Positions 10,801-21,887 of a DNA stretch of 64,000 bases are shown here, in pieces. The notes beneath the pieces are model-generated. The model was not told where the DNA came from and made no database searches. It worked only from the letters and a program-made list of their open reading frames with translations. The stretch comes from an archaeon SCG-AAA382B04 (GTDB lineage Archaea > Halobacteriota > Methanonatronarchaeia > Methanonatronarchaeales > Methanonatronarchaeaceae), in contig PZKD01000125.1 of the NCBI GenBank assembly GCA_003034855.1, forward strand, positions 19,521-83,520, given 5' to 3'. Numbering within the stretch: the first letter of the stretch is position 1; each line of letters begins with the position of its first letter. The position numbers were made by a program, and so were the translations under genes.

Positions 10801-11640
10801 TCCATCACCAAAGAAGAAACCTGCTAGGTAATAGAGAGGAGAAAGGTCCTTAGGTAAATTTATTTCTAGTGATGAATGCTCTCCTTTTGAGTTCCGTCCT
10901 CTGTAATTAATTGATTCAATTGAATTATATAGTTCTTCATAATCTATATCTAAGTATTCACAGGCTTCTAATATATATCTTAATCTGTATTGGCTTCTCC
11001 ATATAGCATGCTTAAAGGAACCTAGTTTTAATTCACTGGAAATGTTTTCATATATCTCTTTGAAATCTTCTCCATAAATTCTAGCGTTGAAGTTATCTGT
11101 AACATTTACAATGAAGCCGTAGTCATTTGATAAAGCTTTCAATAATTGTCTTTTCTCATTAAAATTGTTTTTAGAAAGCGTTTTTCTAGCTCCAACTATT
11201 GTTTCTTTTTCATTTAAGTTTCTTGCTTCTTTAAATTCCATATATCCTTCTTTTGAGAGAGTCAAAAACTTGTGTTCTGGTGTTGTTTTTAAGTTCTTAC
11301 CATCAGAAGTTTTTATTTCAACTAATTCGTCTGTATGTTTTTTTGTTGCATATATTACCTCTGATTCAACTATTTCTCCTTTAGTTTTATCCAGAGACGA
11401 AACGCTTATGTTTTCTTTTGGAACATATCCATCGTATTCTTGTTTTTTCTCACCTGTTCTCTTTATTTGTTCATATAATTCTTTTGACTTGATTACTTCA
11501 CCACTTGCCAATGATATCTCTGTGTTTGGTGAAACGCATTTCCCGTGGTCGATGTGTGCAACAATTCCTATGTTCCTTATTTGTTCTCTTTGGCTCATTA
11601 ATTCCTTTACTTTTTTCACCATCTGTTTTTTTCGTCCCAT
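7888..11640 (-). CDS. fusA: translation elongation factor 2 (aEF-2) interrupted by an intein
   Basis: 1250 aa. The extein parts AHIDHGK / [12 protein letters not shown]...DTPGHVDF...NKIDR are contiguous EF-2 once residues 35-559 are removed, leaving a 725-aa extein. Confidence 0.95.
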   Translation of the reverse strand: MGRKKQMVKKVKELMSQREQIRNIGIVAHIDHGKCVSPNTEISLASGEVIKSKELYEQIKRTGEKKQEYDGYVPKENISVSSLDKTKGEIVESEVIYATKKHTDELVEIKTSDGKNLKTTPEHKFLTLSKEGYMEFKEARNLNEKETIVGARKTLSKNNFNEKRQLLKALSNDYGFIVNVTDNFNARIYGEDFKEIYENISSELKLGSFKHAIWRSQYRLRYILEACEYLDIDYEELYNSIESINYRGRNSKGEHSSLEINLPKDLSPLYYLAGFFFGDGDLEGTITNNSKDAKKTIKSKASELGLEPNIREYQGRVDRMEVGGKTLKKILENAFNYPTESKSHNISINSFVFKSLKKLKKEFIKGYLDADGTIEPNRSAVSVVSASKEMLEKLQKLLHHFDIATKLNHNNQTLYIAGKLSLKNFKEIGFETKEKRRKLEELTKKARSAKVDKIPIDGSKLEEIREDLGLSQKDVFESYCNYENNYVGLTKLSLQKITKKFSSRTENSHQILNRLRSIAKADTSFIEIESINTKKGEEVYDFGIKENHNFVAEGIIVHNTTLTDNLLAGAGMISDELAGEQLFMDFDEEEQERGITIDAANVSMVHDFDGEDHLINLIDTPGHVDFGGDVTRAMRAVDGAVVVVDAVEGCMPQTETVLRQAVKENVEPVLFINKIDRLINELELSAKEMQQKFISVIDEVNSLVGGMIEDEERAKRWKVGVNDGSVAFGSALYNWALSFPYMESTGITFKDIIGLCSEEEHKKLHEKAPIHQIVLDMVIRHLPNPLEAQEYRIPTIWDGKLDSEVGESMVEADADGELAFMVTDISVDPHAGEVATGRLFSGKLEEGMDVQMNGVPGTHRIQQVGIFMGPDRVNVEEVPAGNIAAITGLGEAIAGSTVSQQEMTPFESIKHISEPVVTVAVEAKNMNDLPKLIEVLRQVSKEDPTVEVEINEETGEHLISGMGELHLEVVTHRIERDKGVPIETSEPIVVYRESVKGSAGPIEARSPNGHNKFYIEIESLPDEVVQKSKEGDVTMDLPEAKRREQLVEGGMDKDEAKNVISLHNNNAFVDATKGVQYLREAIELVLEAFEDAMDSGPLAEEPCRGVKVKLDDVKLHEDAVHRGPAQVIPAVRKAIHSAMLNAQPTLLEPMQKVYINTPQETMGGASREVQSRRGQIENMSQQGDLTEINGKAPVAEMFGFAGELRSATEGRAMWSTEPADFEEVPTSIRDDLIKQIRERKGLKVETPKSE
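9964..11538 (-). mobile_element. EF-2 intein with LAGLIDADG homing endonuclease domain (525 aa)
   Basis: Starts with Cys directly after DHGK and ends ...IIVHN, followed by Thr. LAGLIDADG-type motifs [11 protein letters not shown] and [11 protein letters not shown]. Confidence 0.9.
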
Positions 11641-11645
11641 TGTAT

Positions 11646-12203
11646 CTACCTCGCTGCTTTAGCTACTCTTTCTTTTTCTTCTTTCTTTGAGACGGCGTAG
11701 CTGTCCATATCTGATTTTGATGCTTTTATTATTTCATCTGCTAGGCAGTCTACGATGTCTTTTTTGTTTTTGAATGAGTTTTGTTTGGCTCCTTTTGCTA
11801 TTAGCATTAAGGCGGTGTTGACTCTTCTTTGTGGGGAGATGTCTATTGGTTTTTGTATTGATATTCCTCCTTGTTTTAGTCTGACTGTTCCTTCTCTTGG
11901 GCCTGCGTTTTCTATTGCGTTTACGAGTAGTTGAACTGGGTTTTCTCCTGTTTCTTGGTGTATTTGGTTGAAGGCTTTTTTGACTATTCGGTATGCTCTG
12001 TATTTTTTTCCGGTGTTTGTGTGTGTTCTCATTAGTTTGTTGATTAATTGTTCAACTATAGGGATGTCTGACTTGAATTTTTGATTGGATTTTCTTCCTC
12101 CTGAGTAAGGTACTACTACTGGTTCTAGATTGATGTATCTCTCTAGTCCTTTATCTGAGACTTCTATTTCTGAGAGATCGTATTTTTCGAATAGTTTTGT
12201 CAT
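11646..12203 (-). CDS. rps7: 30S ribosomal protein S7 (uS7)
   Basis: 185 aa with uS7 sequence, in the rps12-rps7-fusA order. Confidence 0.95.
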   Translation of the reverse strand: MTKLFEKYDLSEIEVSDKGLERYINLEPVVVPYSGGRKSNQKFKSDIPIVEQLINKLMRTHTNTGKKYRAYRIVKKAFNQIHQETGENPVQLLVNAIENAGPREGTVRLKQGGISIQKPIDISPQRRVNTALMLIAKGAKQNSFKNKKDIVDCLADEIIKASKSDMDSYAVSKKEEKERVAKAAR

Positions 12204-12207
12204 GGTT

Positions 12208-12636
12208 TTACCTCATTGGTTTCTCGATATTTCCTCTTACTAGTTCTTCTAAGGAAACTCCGTTTACTTTTACTACCTTGAATCTGACGCCTGGGATATC
12301 TCCCATTGATCTACCCATTCTTCCTCCGATTCCTTCAATTATGACTTCGTCGTGTTCGTCTATGTATGATATTGCGTTGTCACCTGGGCAAAAGGCTGTT
12401 AGTTGTCTTCCGTTTTTGATTAATTGGACTCTTACACATTTTCTTATTGCGGAGTTTGGTTGTTTTGCTTCTATTCCAACTTTTTCTATAACAATTCCTG
12501 AGCCTTGTGGAGCTCCTTCTAGTGGATCTGCTTTTTCGTCTAGGTTAAGCATTCTTCTTTGGTAATTTTTATCGCTCCATCTATGTTTTTGTCTATCTTT
12601 TTTTAATTTTCTAGCTGCATGTTTTCCTTTTCCCAT
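12208..12636 (-). CDS. rps12: 30S ribosomal protein S12 (uS12)
   Basis: 142 aa. [15 protein letters not shown] motif. Confidence 0.95.
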   Translation of the reverse strand: MGKGKHAARKLKKDRQKHRWSDKNYQRRMLNLDEKADPLEGAPQGSGIVIEKVGIEAKQPNSAIRKCVRVQLIKNGRQLTAFCPGDNAISYIDEHDEVIIEGIGGRMGRSMGDIPGVRFKVVKVNGVSLEELVRGNIEKPMR

Positions 12637-12719
12637 TTTATCAACCTTAATTTTTAATATTGCTATATTGTTGCGTTTTTAGAAACTTTTAGTTAAATAA
12701 TATTTTTGGGAACTTATTT

Positions 12720-13151
12720 TTATTCTATTACTATATCTCCTATATTGTAGTGTCGGTTTGCTAGTGATTTGGCTTTTTCTATGTTTTTTCCCTTTTTTCC
12801 TATTACTAGGCCTTTTTTGTCTTCCTTTACTCCTAGTTTTGCTACTTTTTCTTCTCCATTATCTTCTATTTCTACTTCTTTTACTTCGGCTGGTGAAAGT
12901 GAGTTTTTTATGAACTTTTCTGGATTTTCTGAAAATTCAACCACTTCTACTGACTTGCTCAATGTGTTTTTTACTTTTTTTATGTTTGTTCCATTTTTCC
13001 CTATTGCTAGCCCCATCTCTCCTTCATTTACGACAAATATGATCCTGTTATTATCTTCGTCTACTATACAGTCTCTTGCACCTGCTCCGGTTAGACTTTC
13101 AAATAGTGCTATATACCTTATTTCGTCTGATGAAAGTTTTACTTCACTCAT
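12720..13151 (-). CDS. nusA: archaeal NusA-like termination factor (two KH domains)
   Basis: 143 aa. GxxG KH motifs (IGKNGTNIKK, IGKKGKNIEK). Lies between rpl30e and rps12. Confidence 0.85.
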   Translation of the reverse strand: MSEVKLSSDEIRYIALFESLTGAGARDCIVDEDNNRIIFVVNEGEMGLAIGKNGTNIKKVKNTLSKSVEVVEFSENPEKFIKNSLSPAEVKEVEIEDNGEEKVAKLGVKEDKKGLVIGKKGKNIEKAKSLANRHYNIGDIVIE

Positions 13152-13458
13152 TTACTCCACCTATTCTTTGTATTCCAAGTATCCCAGATTTACCTGGTTC
13201 ATTTATTGACATTGCGGCTATTGAGTGGGGTCTTCCACTTATTTTGCCTAACTGATAGTTATTGTATTTTGTTTCAATTATTTTTATCCCATTTTCTTGT
13301 GCTTTTTCATTAATTTCCAAATTAATTTGTCTAGGACAGTTTTTTGCTAAGATCACGAGTTGTGATTCTTCATTTTCTATTGATTTTATGGTTTCTTTTG
13401 ATCCAATTTTCACTTTTCCTGTTTTTATCGCGTCTTCTATTGCTTTTTCGAAATCCAT
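13144..13458 (-). CDS. rpl30e: 50S ribosomal protein L30e (eL30)
   Basis: 104 aa, L7Ae/L30e-fold sequence. Lies immediately downstream of rpoA''. Confidence 0.9.
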   Translation of the reverse strand: MDFEKAIEDAIKTGKVKIGSKETIKSIENEESQLVILAKNCPRQINLEINEKAQENGIKIIETKYNNYQLGKISGRPHSIAAMSINEPGKSGILGIQRIGGVNE

Positions 13459-13460
13459 TT

Positions 13461-15953
13461 TTATTCCTCCTGTTCTTTCATTTGAAGGTCAACAATTCCT
13501 GTTCCAAGTTCAATTGGTTGTCCAACTATAACATTTTCGGGAACTCCTTTAAGCTCATCCCTTTCTCCTCTTTTCCCAGCGTCAAGTAGATGGTTCACAG
13601 TAACTTCAAATGCAGCTCTTGCTAGAACACTTTGTTTTTCTCCACTTACTCCATGGCGGCCAATTGCTCTTAGTCTTCCATCATTTGTCATTAAATCGGC
13701 GACCAACATTATGTGTCTTATATCTACCTCAAGACCTTGTTCATCCAATGTGTCAGTTGCTTCATTTATTAATGCTCTTCTCGCTCCTTCTATTCCTAGT
13801 GTATCATAAACCTCATGTAGGTCATTTGTTTTTGTTTTGGATGAATCAACTCCTTCTAGGCCTAATACTTCTTTGAAAGCTGATCCTTCTGTGTAAATTG
13901 TGTATTCTTCTCCTTCTTTTCTAATAATAACTCTGCTTATACCTTCTATTCCAGCTACCTTTATTTCTTTTAGGTCTTCGACTAGTCTCAATATCTCTCT
14001 ATATGAAGAGGAAGATGGTCTAACTATGTAGTTTTCTCCTTCTTCTGTAACTGAATCGTCTGCAGTGTTTTCAACTTTATCAATTACTTCTTCTTCAGAA
14101 ATTTTCTTCTTACTGAGTGTTTCATCATCAAGGTTTATTAGTATGCGCATTTTTGAGAAATCTGTTTCCATATCTGCTATGTCTTCGAGTCTTGTTTCTT
14201 CTATTTTCCAACCAATTTCTCTGGCTTTATTTTTGTCGCTTGCATATTCTTCCTCTAGTTTAATAGTCATCATTGGACTAGAAGGTGTTTTACGAGCATC
14301 AACAATCTCAATAAGCCTAGGCAATCCTAATGTAACGTCTATTTCTGCAACTCCCGCATAGTGGAACGTTCGCATCGTGTTGTGAGTTACTATTCCTTGT
14401 TTTGTTGTGAAGTTTTCAGTGTCTTTTACACTGAAGTCATATACGTAGTTTCTTGTTGGTTTGATTTCTTTGATTTGGGTTATTTTGTCCCATATTACTT
14501 CGCTTTTTGCTGCTTCTTCTAGTTCTTTGATTTTTTGTTCAACTTCCTCTGAGTTGGCTTTTTGTTTGAATTCTTTTATGTATTTTTTGAGTGTTTCTCT
14601 TCCGATTTTGTCTCTTTTGTGGAAGTTGTTTATTCTTCTTGTTGGGGTTCCTATTTTTTGTGAGATTTCTTTTATTAGTTCACCTGTTCCTGGGATCATG
14701 TCGATGTATTCTTGAGTTGGTTTTTCTTTGATCTGATTAATTTCTTTGTTCTTTTCTTGTTGTGTGAATCCAATTTTTTGTTTGAATTTGTGTGCGTTTT
14801 TATGTGATAATATTAGTGTGCTTTGTTTTTTATCTGTGTTCTTTGTTGAAAATATTCCTAAGCGATTTAATAGGAGGGATATTCCGTTTATTAATTCTTT
14901 TGATCTTGAGCTAACTCTAATCATGTCCTTTTCTGGGTTTATGTTTCCATTGCCATCGAAATATCCTCTTAGTAGTGCTGCGACAAAATCATCATATGCT
15001 GAGTATGCGAATTCGGGGATTTTTTTGTTTTGTGATCCAGTACCACATGTTTTTTCTAATAGATTTAAGAGTTGTTTGGAGTTTAATCGGACGTCGTGTG
15101 TTTCTGAGTAACCTTTTGAGTGTTCGTATTCGTTGTAACTGAATCCGAATCTTTCTGCGATTTTTCTTATCTTTAGTTGGATTTGTTGGTTTCTATTTGA
15201 TGTGTTAACAAATTGTTTTGTGCAGTTTCCTTCTGCTAGATAGATCCCTATGAACCAACCGAATTCTTTGTCTAGTTTAATTTGTTTTGGTAATTTTTTC
15301 TTAGCCCATTTTTGGTTGATGTATTCGGTTGTTTCTAGTGTTTGTATACAATTGTGTTTTAATTTCTTTATTGAAGGGATTCTGTCTCCCTTTTCTAATT
15401 CGCTTCCTGACTTGGTTTTTATCTCATTATTTTTCCTGATCAAGAATGAGTGTGAATCTGTAGCCTTAATTTTTCTTCCTGAAGACGTTTTTATTTCTAA
15501 TATTTTTTCTGGTGCTGGGTGGCGACTACATTCTTGTAATTCTTTCCATTCAACTTTTTCGTCTTGGGTTAGCGATGGAACTTTGTAGTTTTGATTTGAT
15601 ATATCTACAACTTCCCATTCGTCTTTTTCCCTAGCTTCTTGGCTTAGTATTTTGTTATCAATGATTTCCCCGATTTTTTTGGTTTTTATTTCTTCGTTTT
15701 GCTTTATTATGACTTCTTCTTCGTAATCTATACTCATCTGTGTTCCGGGTTCTCCTATTGATTGTGCTGCTATTGTTCCGACTGGTTCTCCGTATTCTAC
15801 TTGTTTTTGTTCGAATCTTTGTTCGGTTTCTTCTAAGGCTTCTTCTAATTGTTTTTCTGTTAGGTTTTTTTCTTGTGCCTTTTGTTTTAGTTTTTTGAGT
15901 ATTTTTGGTGGGAGTTCTTCTTTGTAGTTTTGGAGTTTTTCGTCTAGGCTCAT
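13461..15953 (-). CDS. rpoA2: DNA-directed RNA polymerase subunit A'' interrupted by an intein
   Basis: 830 aa. The exteins QSIGEPGTQM / TMRTFHYAGVAEIDVTLGLPRLIEIVDAR join to the canonical A'' sequence, giving a 378-aa extein. Confidence 0.95.
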   Translation of the reverse strand: MSLDEKLQNYKEELPPKILKKLKQKAQEKNLTEKQLEEALEETEQRFEQKQVEYGEPVGTIAAQSIGEPGTQMSIDYEEEVIIKQNEEIKTKKIGEIIDNKILSQEAREKDEWEVVDISNQNYKVPSLTQDEKVEWKELQECSRHPAPEKILEIKTSSGRKIKATDSHSFLIRKNNEIKTKSGSELEKGDRIPSIKKLKHNCIQTLETTEYINQKWAKKKLPKQIKLDKEFGWFIGIYLAEGNCTKQFVNTSNRNQQIQLKIRKIAERFGFSYNEYEHSKGYSETHDVRLNSKQLLNLLEKTCGTGSQNKKIPEFAYSAYDDFVAALLRGYFDGNGNINPEKDMIRVSSRSKELINGISLLLNRLGIFSTKNTDKKQSTLILSHKNAHKFKQKIGFTQQEKNKEINQIKEKPTQEYIDMIPGTGELIKEISQKIGTPTRRINNFHKRDKIGRETLKKYIKEFKQKANSEEVEQKIKELEEAAKSEVIWDKITQIKEIKPTRNYVYDFSVKDTENFTTKQGIVTHNTMRTFHYAGVAEIDVTLGLPRLIEIVDARKTPSSPMMTIKLEEEYASDKNKAREIGWKIEETRLEDIADMETDFSKMRILINLDDETLSKKKISEEEVIDKVENTADDSVTEEGENYIVRPSSSSYREILRLVEDLKEIKVAGIEGISRVIIRKEGEEYTIYTEGSAFKEVLGLEGVDSSKTKTNDLHEVYDTLGIEGARRALINEATDTLDEQGLEVDIRHIMLVADLMTNDGRLRAIGRHGVSGEKQSVLARAAFEVTVNHLLDAGKRGERDELKGVPENVIVGQPIELGTGIVDLQMKEQEE
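14379..15734 (-). mobile_element. RpoA'' intein with LAGLIDADG domain (452 aa)
   Basis: Begins with Ser (SIDYEEEVII) and ends GIVTHN, followed by Thr. Motifs FIGIYLAEGN and LLRGYFDGNGNI. Confidence 0.9.
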
Positions 15954-18900
15954 CTATTTTTCCTCCCTTACTTTGTTTATTACATCATCTAGGTCTACTG
16001 CTTCTCCTCGGTGACTGGTTGTGGGGTTTATTCCATCTTCTCCGTAGTCGAATTGTATTATGTCGTCTGCTGTGTTTCTTACTGTACCATCTGGCCCTAT
16101 TTTTAGGTCTTGAAGGGCGTTTATGAGTCTTCTTTGCATGTATCCTGATTGTGCTGTTCTAACTGCTGTGTCGACTAGTCCTTCTCTTCCTCCCATTGAG
16201 TGGAAAAAGAATTCTGTTGGTGTTAGACCTTGTTTGTAGCTTGAATGGACGAATCCTCGGGCGTCTGCTCCTAGGTCATTTTTCTTGAAGTTCGCTAAAG
16301 TTCTTTCTTCATAGCCTCTGTTTATTCTTTCTCCTCTAACTGATTGTTGTCCTACTGCTCCTGTCATTTGTGTTAGGTTTAGCATGCTTCCCCTTGCTCC
16401 TGATACTGCCATTACTACGCCTGAATTGTCTAGTCCTAGGTGGTTACTTGCTATGTCTCCTGCTTTATCTCTTGCATTTCCTAATGTTTGCATTACTTTC
16501 ATTTCAAGTGTTTCTTCTATTGATCTTCCTGGTATTGGTTCTAGTTCTCCTCTTTCGTATGTGTCCACTAGTTTGTCTACTTCTTTTTCGGCTTTTTCTA
16601 TTACTGTGCTTATCTGTTTTTCGGCTTTTTCTGGGAGGTCTTCTTCTTCTATTCCTATTGAGAAACCTAGTTTTGTGATTGCTCTTACTGCTATCCTTGT
16701 TACATCATTTAGGAATTCCACTGCCCTTTCTACTCCGTATTCTCTTATTATTCTGTCTAGTATTTTTCCACTAAATGCTCCAAATGCTTTTTCGTCTATT
16801 GCTCCACTTTTTAGTTCTCCATCTTCGATTTTCACGTATGCTTCGTCTTCACATTCTTCTTCGTCACATTCCGCACAGTTTTTGCAATGTGAGCCTTTGA
16901 ATGCCATGTTGAGGTCATCAGGTAGGATTTGGCTGAAAATTGTTTTTCCTGTCCAGTATTCTTGTCCATCTTCTTCTCCATCTGGTTCTGGTAATTTGAA
17001 TTTGTCTGCTCTTCTTAGTAACTCGATTGCGTCGTCTTTGTTGAATTTTTGTCCTTTTCTTGTCATTATGTACGATCCTGATATGTGGTCGTGTATTCCT
17101 CCAATTATGGGTGCTCCGAATCTAGGTGAGAGCATTTGTGTTTGAACTTTCATTAGTAACTCTGCTTCTGCTCTAGCTTCTTCTCCTTGAAGTACGTGGA
17201 GATTCATTTCATCTCCATCGAAGTCTGCATTATATGGCGGACAGTTGCTTCCAACAAATCCATTTGTTATGAATCGGTGTGCCTCATCAACTGTCGTAAC
17301 ATCATAAACCTGTTGATTTCTAGCTGTTTCTATGTCAGTGACTTCTTCCCAAATCAGTCCTTCGTCTTCATCTGCTATACGTTTCTGTTTCCATTCATCG
17401 AACGAGGGGAATTCCATTGGTCTAGGTTGTTCGACACTCTGGCTCCTCCATTGGTATAGTTGGTGTGTGTTTCTTCCTTGTGCCCCAGCTATCTGTTTTA
17501 TTTCACCATATTCGTCAGCAGCTCTGGTTCTTTTTGCAAGCTCTTTAAGTCGATTCAACTCATTTTGTTTCTCAGAGAGATAAGCATAGGCTATACGTGC
17601 TTCAGAATCAGCTGAACTATTGTAGGTGTATCCAATTCGCCCAAATAATCCTTTGAGTGATTTAAGGTTGGCCTCTAGTTCGGCTGTGAGAGTTTTGGAG
17701 ATACTTCCATCTTTCCTGCGGTTTCCGGAGTCAACTCGGACATTGGAAATGCCTGTTCCAAATTCATGAAGTAGTTTATCGATGTCTGAGAGGAACCTTT
17801 TACCGGAATCAAGAACTTCTTCAGTTTTTGCGACCTTGAAGACTGGTTGTTTAAATAACTTTCCTTGTCTTTGCTTGGGTTTTCTTAACTCAGAACCAAA
17901 GTATGCACTTAAGAAAGCTCTTTTAACTGCCTTAGGTCCATCCATCACCCAGTCAGGTACTGGGAATTGAGTTGTTGTCTTTTCTCCAGTTGGAACTCCA
18001 AGTGCTTTCATAAATGATACAAATGGTTTATTCCGTAACTCAAATGATAAAATGCTTCCATTTACTTGAAGTGTTGAACCATCTTCTTGAGTGATTGTCC
18101 CATTACTTTGTTTCTTTCGTGGCTCCTCAGGATCGAATCCAAGGAGATTCAAGTCTTCTCTTATCTTTTTGAGGTCCTTTTCCTGGGTCCAGAATACTGC
18201 TCTTGCTTTATAGTCATCAAGTATAAGTGTTCCATCACCAAATAAATGACCTGATAACCTTGCTGCTGCTACACCTTTTCTTGAATGAATATCAAACGGT
18301 AGAAGGTGACTTAAGGTTTCGATTGTGTGTTTTGTATATGATTTATCAGGAACAGCATGTCGAATATCTTCTTTTCTAACGAAAATTTGTTCATTTTCTT
18401 CAGGAGAAAAAGTTGGTAGTTCAATTGGCTTTTTCAATAGTTCGTCTCCTTTCTCTAGTTCTTCAACAGGCTTGAGTCCCTCTTTCGTTTGAAGAGGATG
18501 ATCAGATGTGGCAGTGATTGTTTCAGAAGGGGTTTTAATTTTGTGAACAGTTGCACCATATTCTGTTGGATCTAATGACCAAAAGTTCTGGAGGCCAGTG
18601 AGGCGAATTTCTTTTTCCTCTGGATCATAAGTAGTAACTTTTTCATTTTCCCAGTTATTGGATAGTTCAGCGATTGGTCGAGTATATCCACCGCAGTCTA
18701 CGCTGGTATCACCTGAAACGCAAACACATAAGTTAAGTCTAAATGTTTTGTATGGCATTACTTTTACTTTATGTGCCATTATGCTCATTCGATGTAGCGA
18801 TGGTTGTCTGTTGAATAATACAATGTCGTCGTTTTTTAGGTGTCTGTCGATTCTCCAGCCTACTTCTACGTTTTTAGCTATGTTTTCTCGATTTTCTTCT

Positions 18901-20057
18901 GTTATTTTTTGTTTTCTTCCATCGGATCTTCTTACGTAATTTGCTCCAGGATGGTTTTCTGGGCCTCTTTTTACAATTTCTTTTGCTTTTTGTTTGTTTC
19001 GTTCTGTTACTTCTAGAGGAATTGTTAGTTCTTTGGCTATTTGTTCGGGAACTCCTACTTCGTTTATCCCTATGTTTGGATCTGGTGATATTACGGTTCT
19101 TGCTGAGAAGTTGACTCTTTTTCCTGAGAGATCGTTTCTGAATCTTCCTTCTTTTCCTTTTAGTCTTTGTGATAGGGTTTTGAGGGTTCTTCCTGATCTG
19201 TGTCGTGGGGGTGGGATGCCTGAAACTTCGTTATCGAGGAATGTGGTTACGTGGTATTGTATAAGTTCCCATAGGTCTTCTATCACTAGTTGAGGTGCTC
19301 CTGCTTCTCTGTTTTCTTGGAATCTTTGGTTTATTCTTAATATGTCTACGAGTTTGTGTGTTAGGTCGTCTTCTGATCTTTGTCCTGATTCTAGTGTTAT
19401 GGAGGGTCTTATTGTGACTGGTGGAACTGGAAGTACTTCTAGAACCAACCATTCTGGTCTTGCTTTTTCTGGGTCCATTCCAAATACTTTGGTATCTCTG
19501 TCAGGAATTTTTTCTAGCCATTCTTTAACGTCTGTGGGTGTTAGTTTTTCGTCATCCTCTTTGAATGTGCTTGGTTTTTCGAAATCTATGTCTATCTGTT
19601 CTTCACCGCAATACATGCATTCTTTTGTTTTTCTTGCTTCTTTCAACACCTCTCTTACTATGTCTTCGGTTGGTTCCTTCATGTCCTTTAGTTCTTGGAT
19701 TTCTTTGAGGTATTCTTCTTTTTTAGTTTCTGATAATAGGAGTTTTCCACATTCTCTACATGTGGCTCTTAGGATTTTTCTTATGTTTCTTGCGTATCCT
19801 ACGTGTATTACAGGGGCTGCTAATTCTATTCGTCCAAAATGACCAGGGCATTCACCTGGTCTTCCTCCACAGGTTTTGCATTCTAAACCTGGGTCTATTA
19901 CACCTAGTCTTCGATCCATTAACCCCATTTCTATTGGGTATCCATCGTCATCGTATGTGTCAGGTGTTATTATTTTTGTAACACTCATTTTTCGGATTTC
20001 TTCTTGTGATAATAATCCAAAATCAATACTTCCAATTTGTTTTGTTGGTGTGCTCAT
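15954..20057 (-). CDS. rpoA1: DNA-directed RNA polymerase subunit A' interrupted by an intein
   Basis: 1367 aa. The exteins ...TFRLNLCV / CPPYNADFDGDEMNLHV rejoin to the catalytic NADFDGD region, giving an 874-aa extein. Confidence 0.95.
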   Translation of the reverse strand: MSTPTKQIGSIDFGLLSQEEIRKMSVTKIITPDTYDDDGYPIEMGLMDRRLGVIDPGLECKTCGGRPGECPGHFGRIELAAPVIHVGYARNIRKILRATCRECGKLLLSETKKEEYLKEIQELKDMKEPTEDIVREVLKEARKTKECMYCGEEQIDIDFEKPSTFKEDDEKLTPTDVKEWLEKIPDRDTKVFGMDPEKARPEWLVLEVLPVPPVTIRPSITLESGQRSEDDLTHKLVDILRINQRFQENREAGAPQLVIEDLWELIQYHVTTFLDNEVSGIPPPRHRSGRTLKTLSQRLKGKEGRFRNDLSGKRVNFSARTVISPDPNIGINEVGVPEQIAKELTIPLEVTERNKQKAKEIVKRGPENHPGANYVRRSDGRKQKITEENRENIAKNVEVGWRIDRHLKNDDIVLFNRQPSLHRMSIMAHKVKVMPYKTFRLNLCVCVSGDTSVDCGGYTRPIAELSNNWENEKVTTYDPEEKEIRLTGLQNFWSLDPTEYGATVHKIKTPSETITATSDHPLQTKEGLKPVEELEKGDELLKKPIELPTFSPEENEQIFVRKEDIRHAVPDKSYTKHTIETLSHLLPFDIHSRKGVAAARLSGHLFGDGTLILDDYKARAVFWTQEKDLKKIREDLNLLGFDPEEPRKKQSNGTITQEDGSTLQVNGSILSFELRNKPFVSFMKALGVPTGEKTTTQFPVPDWVMDGPKAVKRAFLSAYFGSELRKPKQRQGKLFKQPVFKVAKTEEVLDSGKRFLSDIDKLLHEFGTGISNVRVDSGNRRKDGSISKTLTAELEANLKSLKGLFGRIGYTYNSSADSEARIAYAYLSEKQNELNRLKELAKRTRAADEYGEIKQIAGAQGRNTHQLYQWRSQSVEQPRPMEFPSFDEWKQKRIADEDEGLIWEEVTDIETARNQQVYDVTTVDEAHRFITNGFVGSNCPPYNADFDGDEMNLHVLQGEEARAEAELLMKVQTQMLSPRFGAPIIGGIHDHISGSYIMTRKGQKFNKDDAIELLRRADKFKLPEPDGEEDGQEYWTGKTIFSQILPDDLNMAFKGSHCKNCAECDEEECEDEAYVKIEDGELKSGAIDEKAFGAFSGKILDRIIREYGVERAVEFLNDVTRIAVRAITKLGFSIGIEEEDLPEKAEKQISTVIEKAEKEVDKLVDTYERGELEPIPGRSIEETLEMKVMQTLGNARDKAGDIASNHLGLDNSGVVMAVSGARGSMLNLTQMTGAVGQQSVRGERINRGYEERTLANFKKNDLGADARGFVHSSYKQGLTPTEFFFHSMGGREGLVDTAVRTAQSGYMQRRLINALQDLKIGPDGTVRNTADDIIQFDYGEDGINPTTSHRGEAVDLDDVINKVREEK
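17244..18722 (-). mobile_element. RpoA' intein with LAGLIDADG-like domain (493 aa)
   Basis: Begins CVSGDTSV and ends NGFVGSN, followed by Cys. Motifs LSGHLFGDGTL and FLSAYFGSEL. Confidence 0.9.
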
Positions 20058-20070
20058 TTTTATACAACCC

Positions 20071-21885
<1,815 letters not shown>

Positions 21886-21887
21886 CT

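Noticed and set aside
19231-19452. The 73-aa same-strand ORF inside rpoA'.
   Set aside because: It is an alternative frame of a highly conserved RNA polymerase segment. Its translation is R/T/S/K-rich with no motif.
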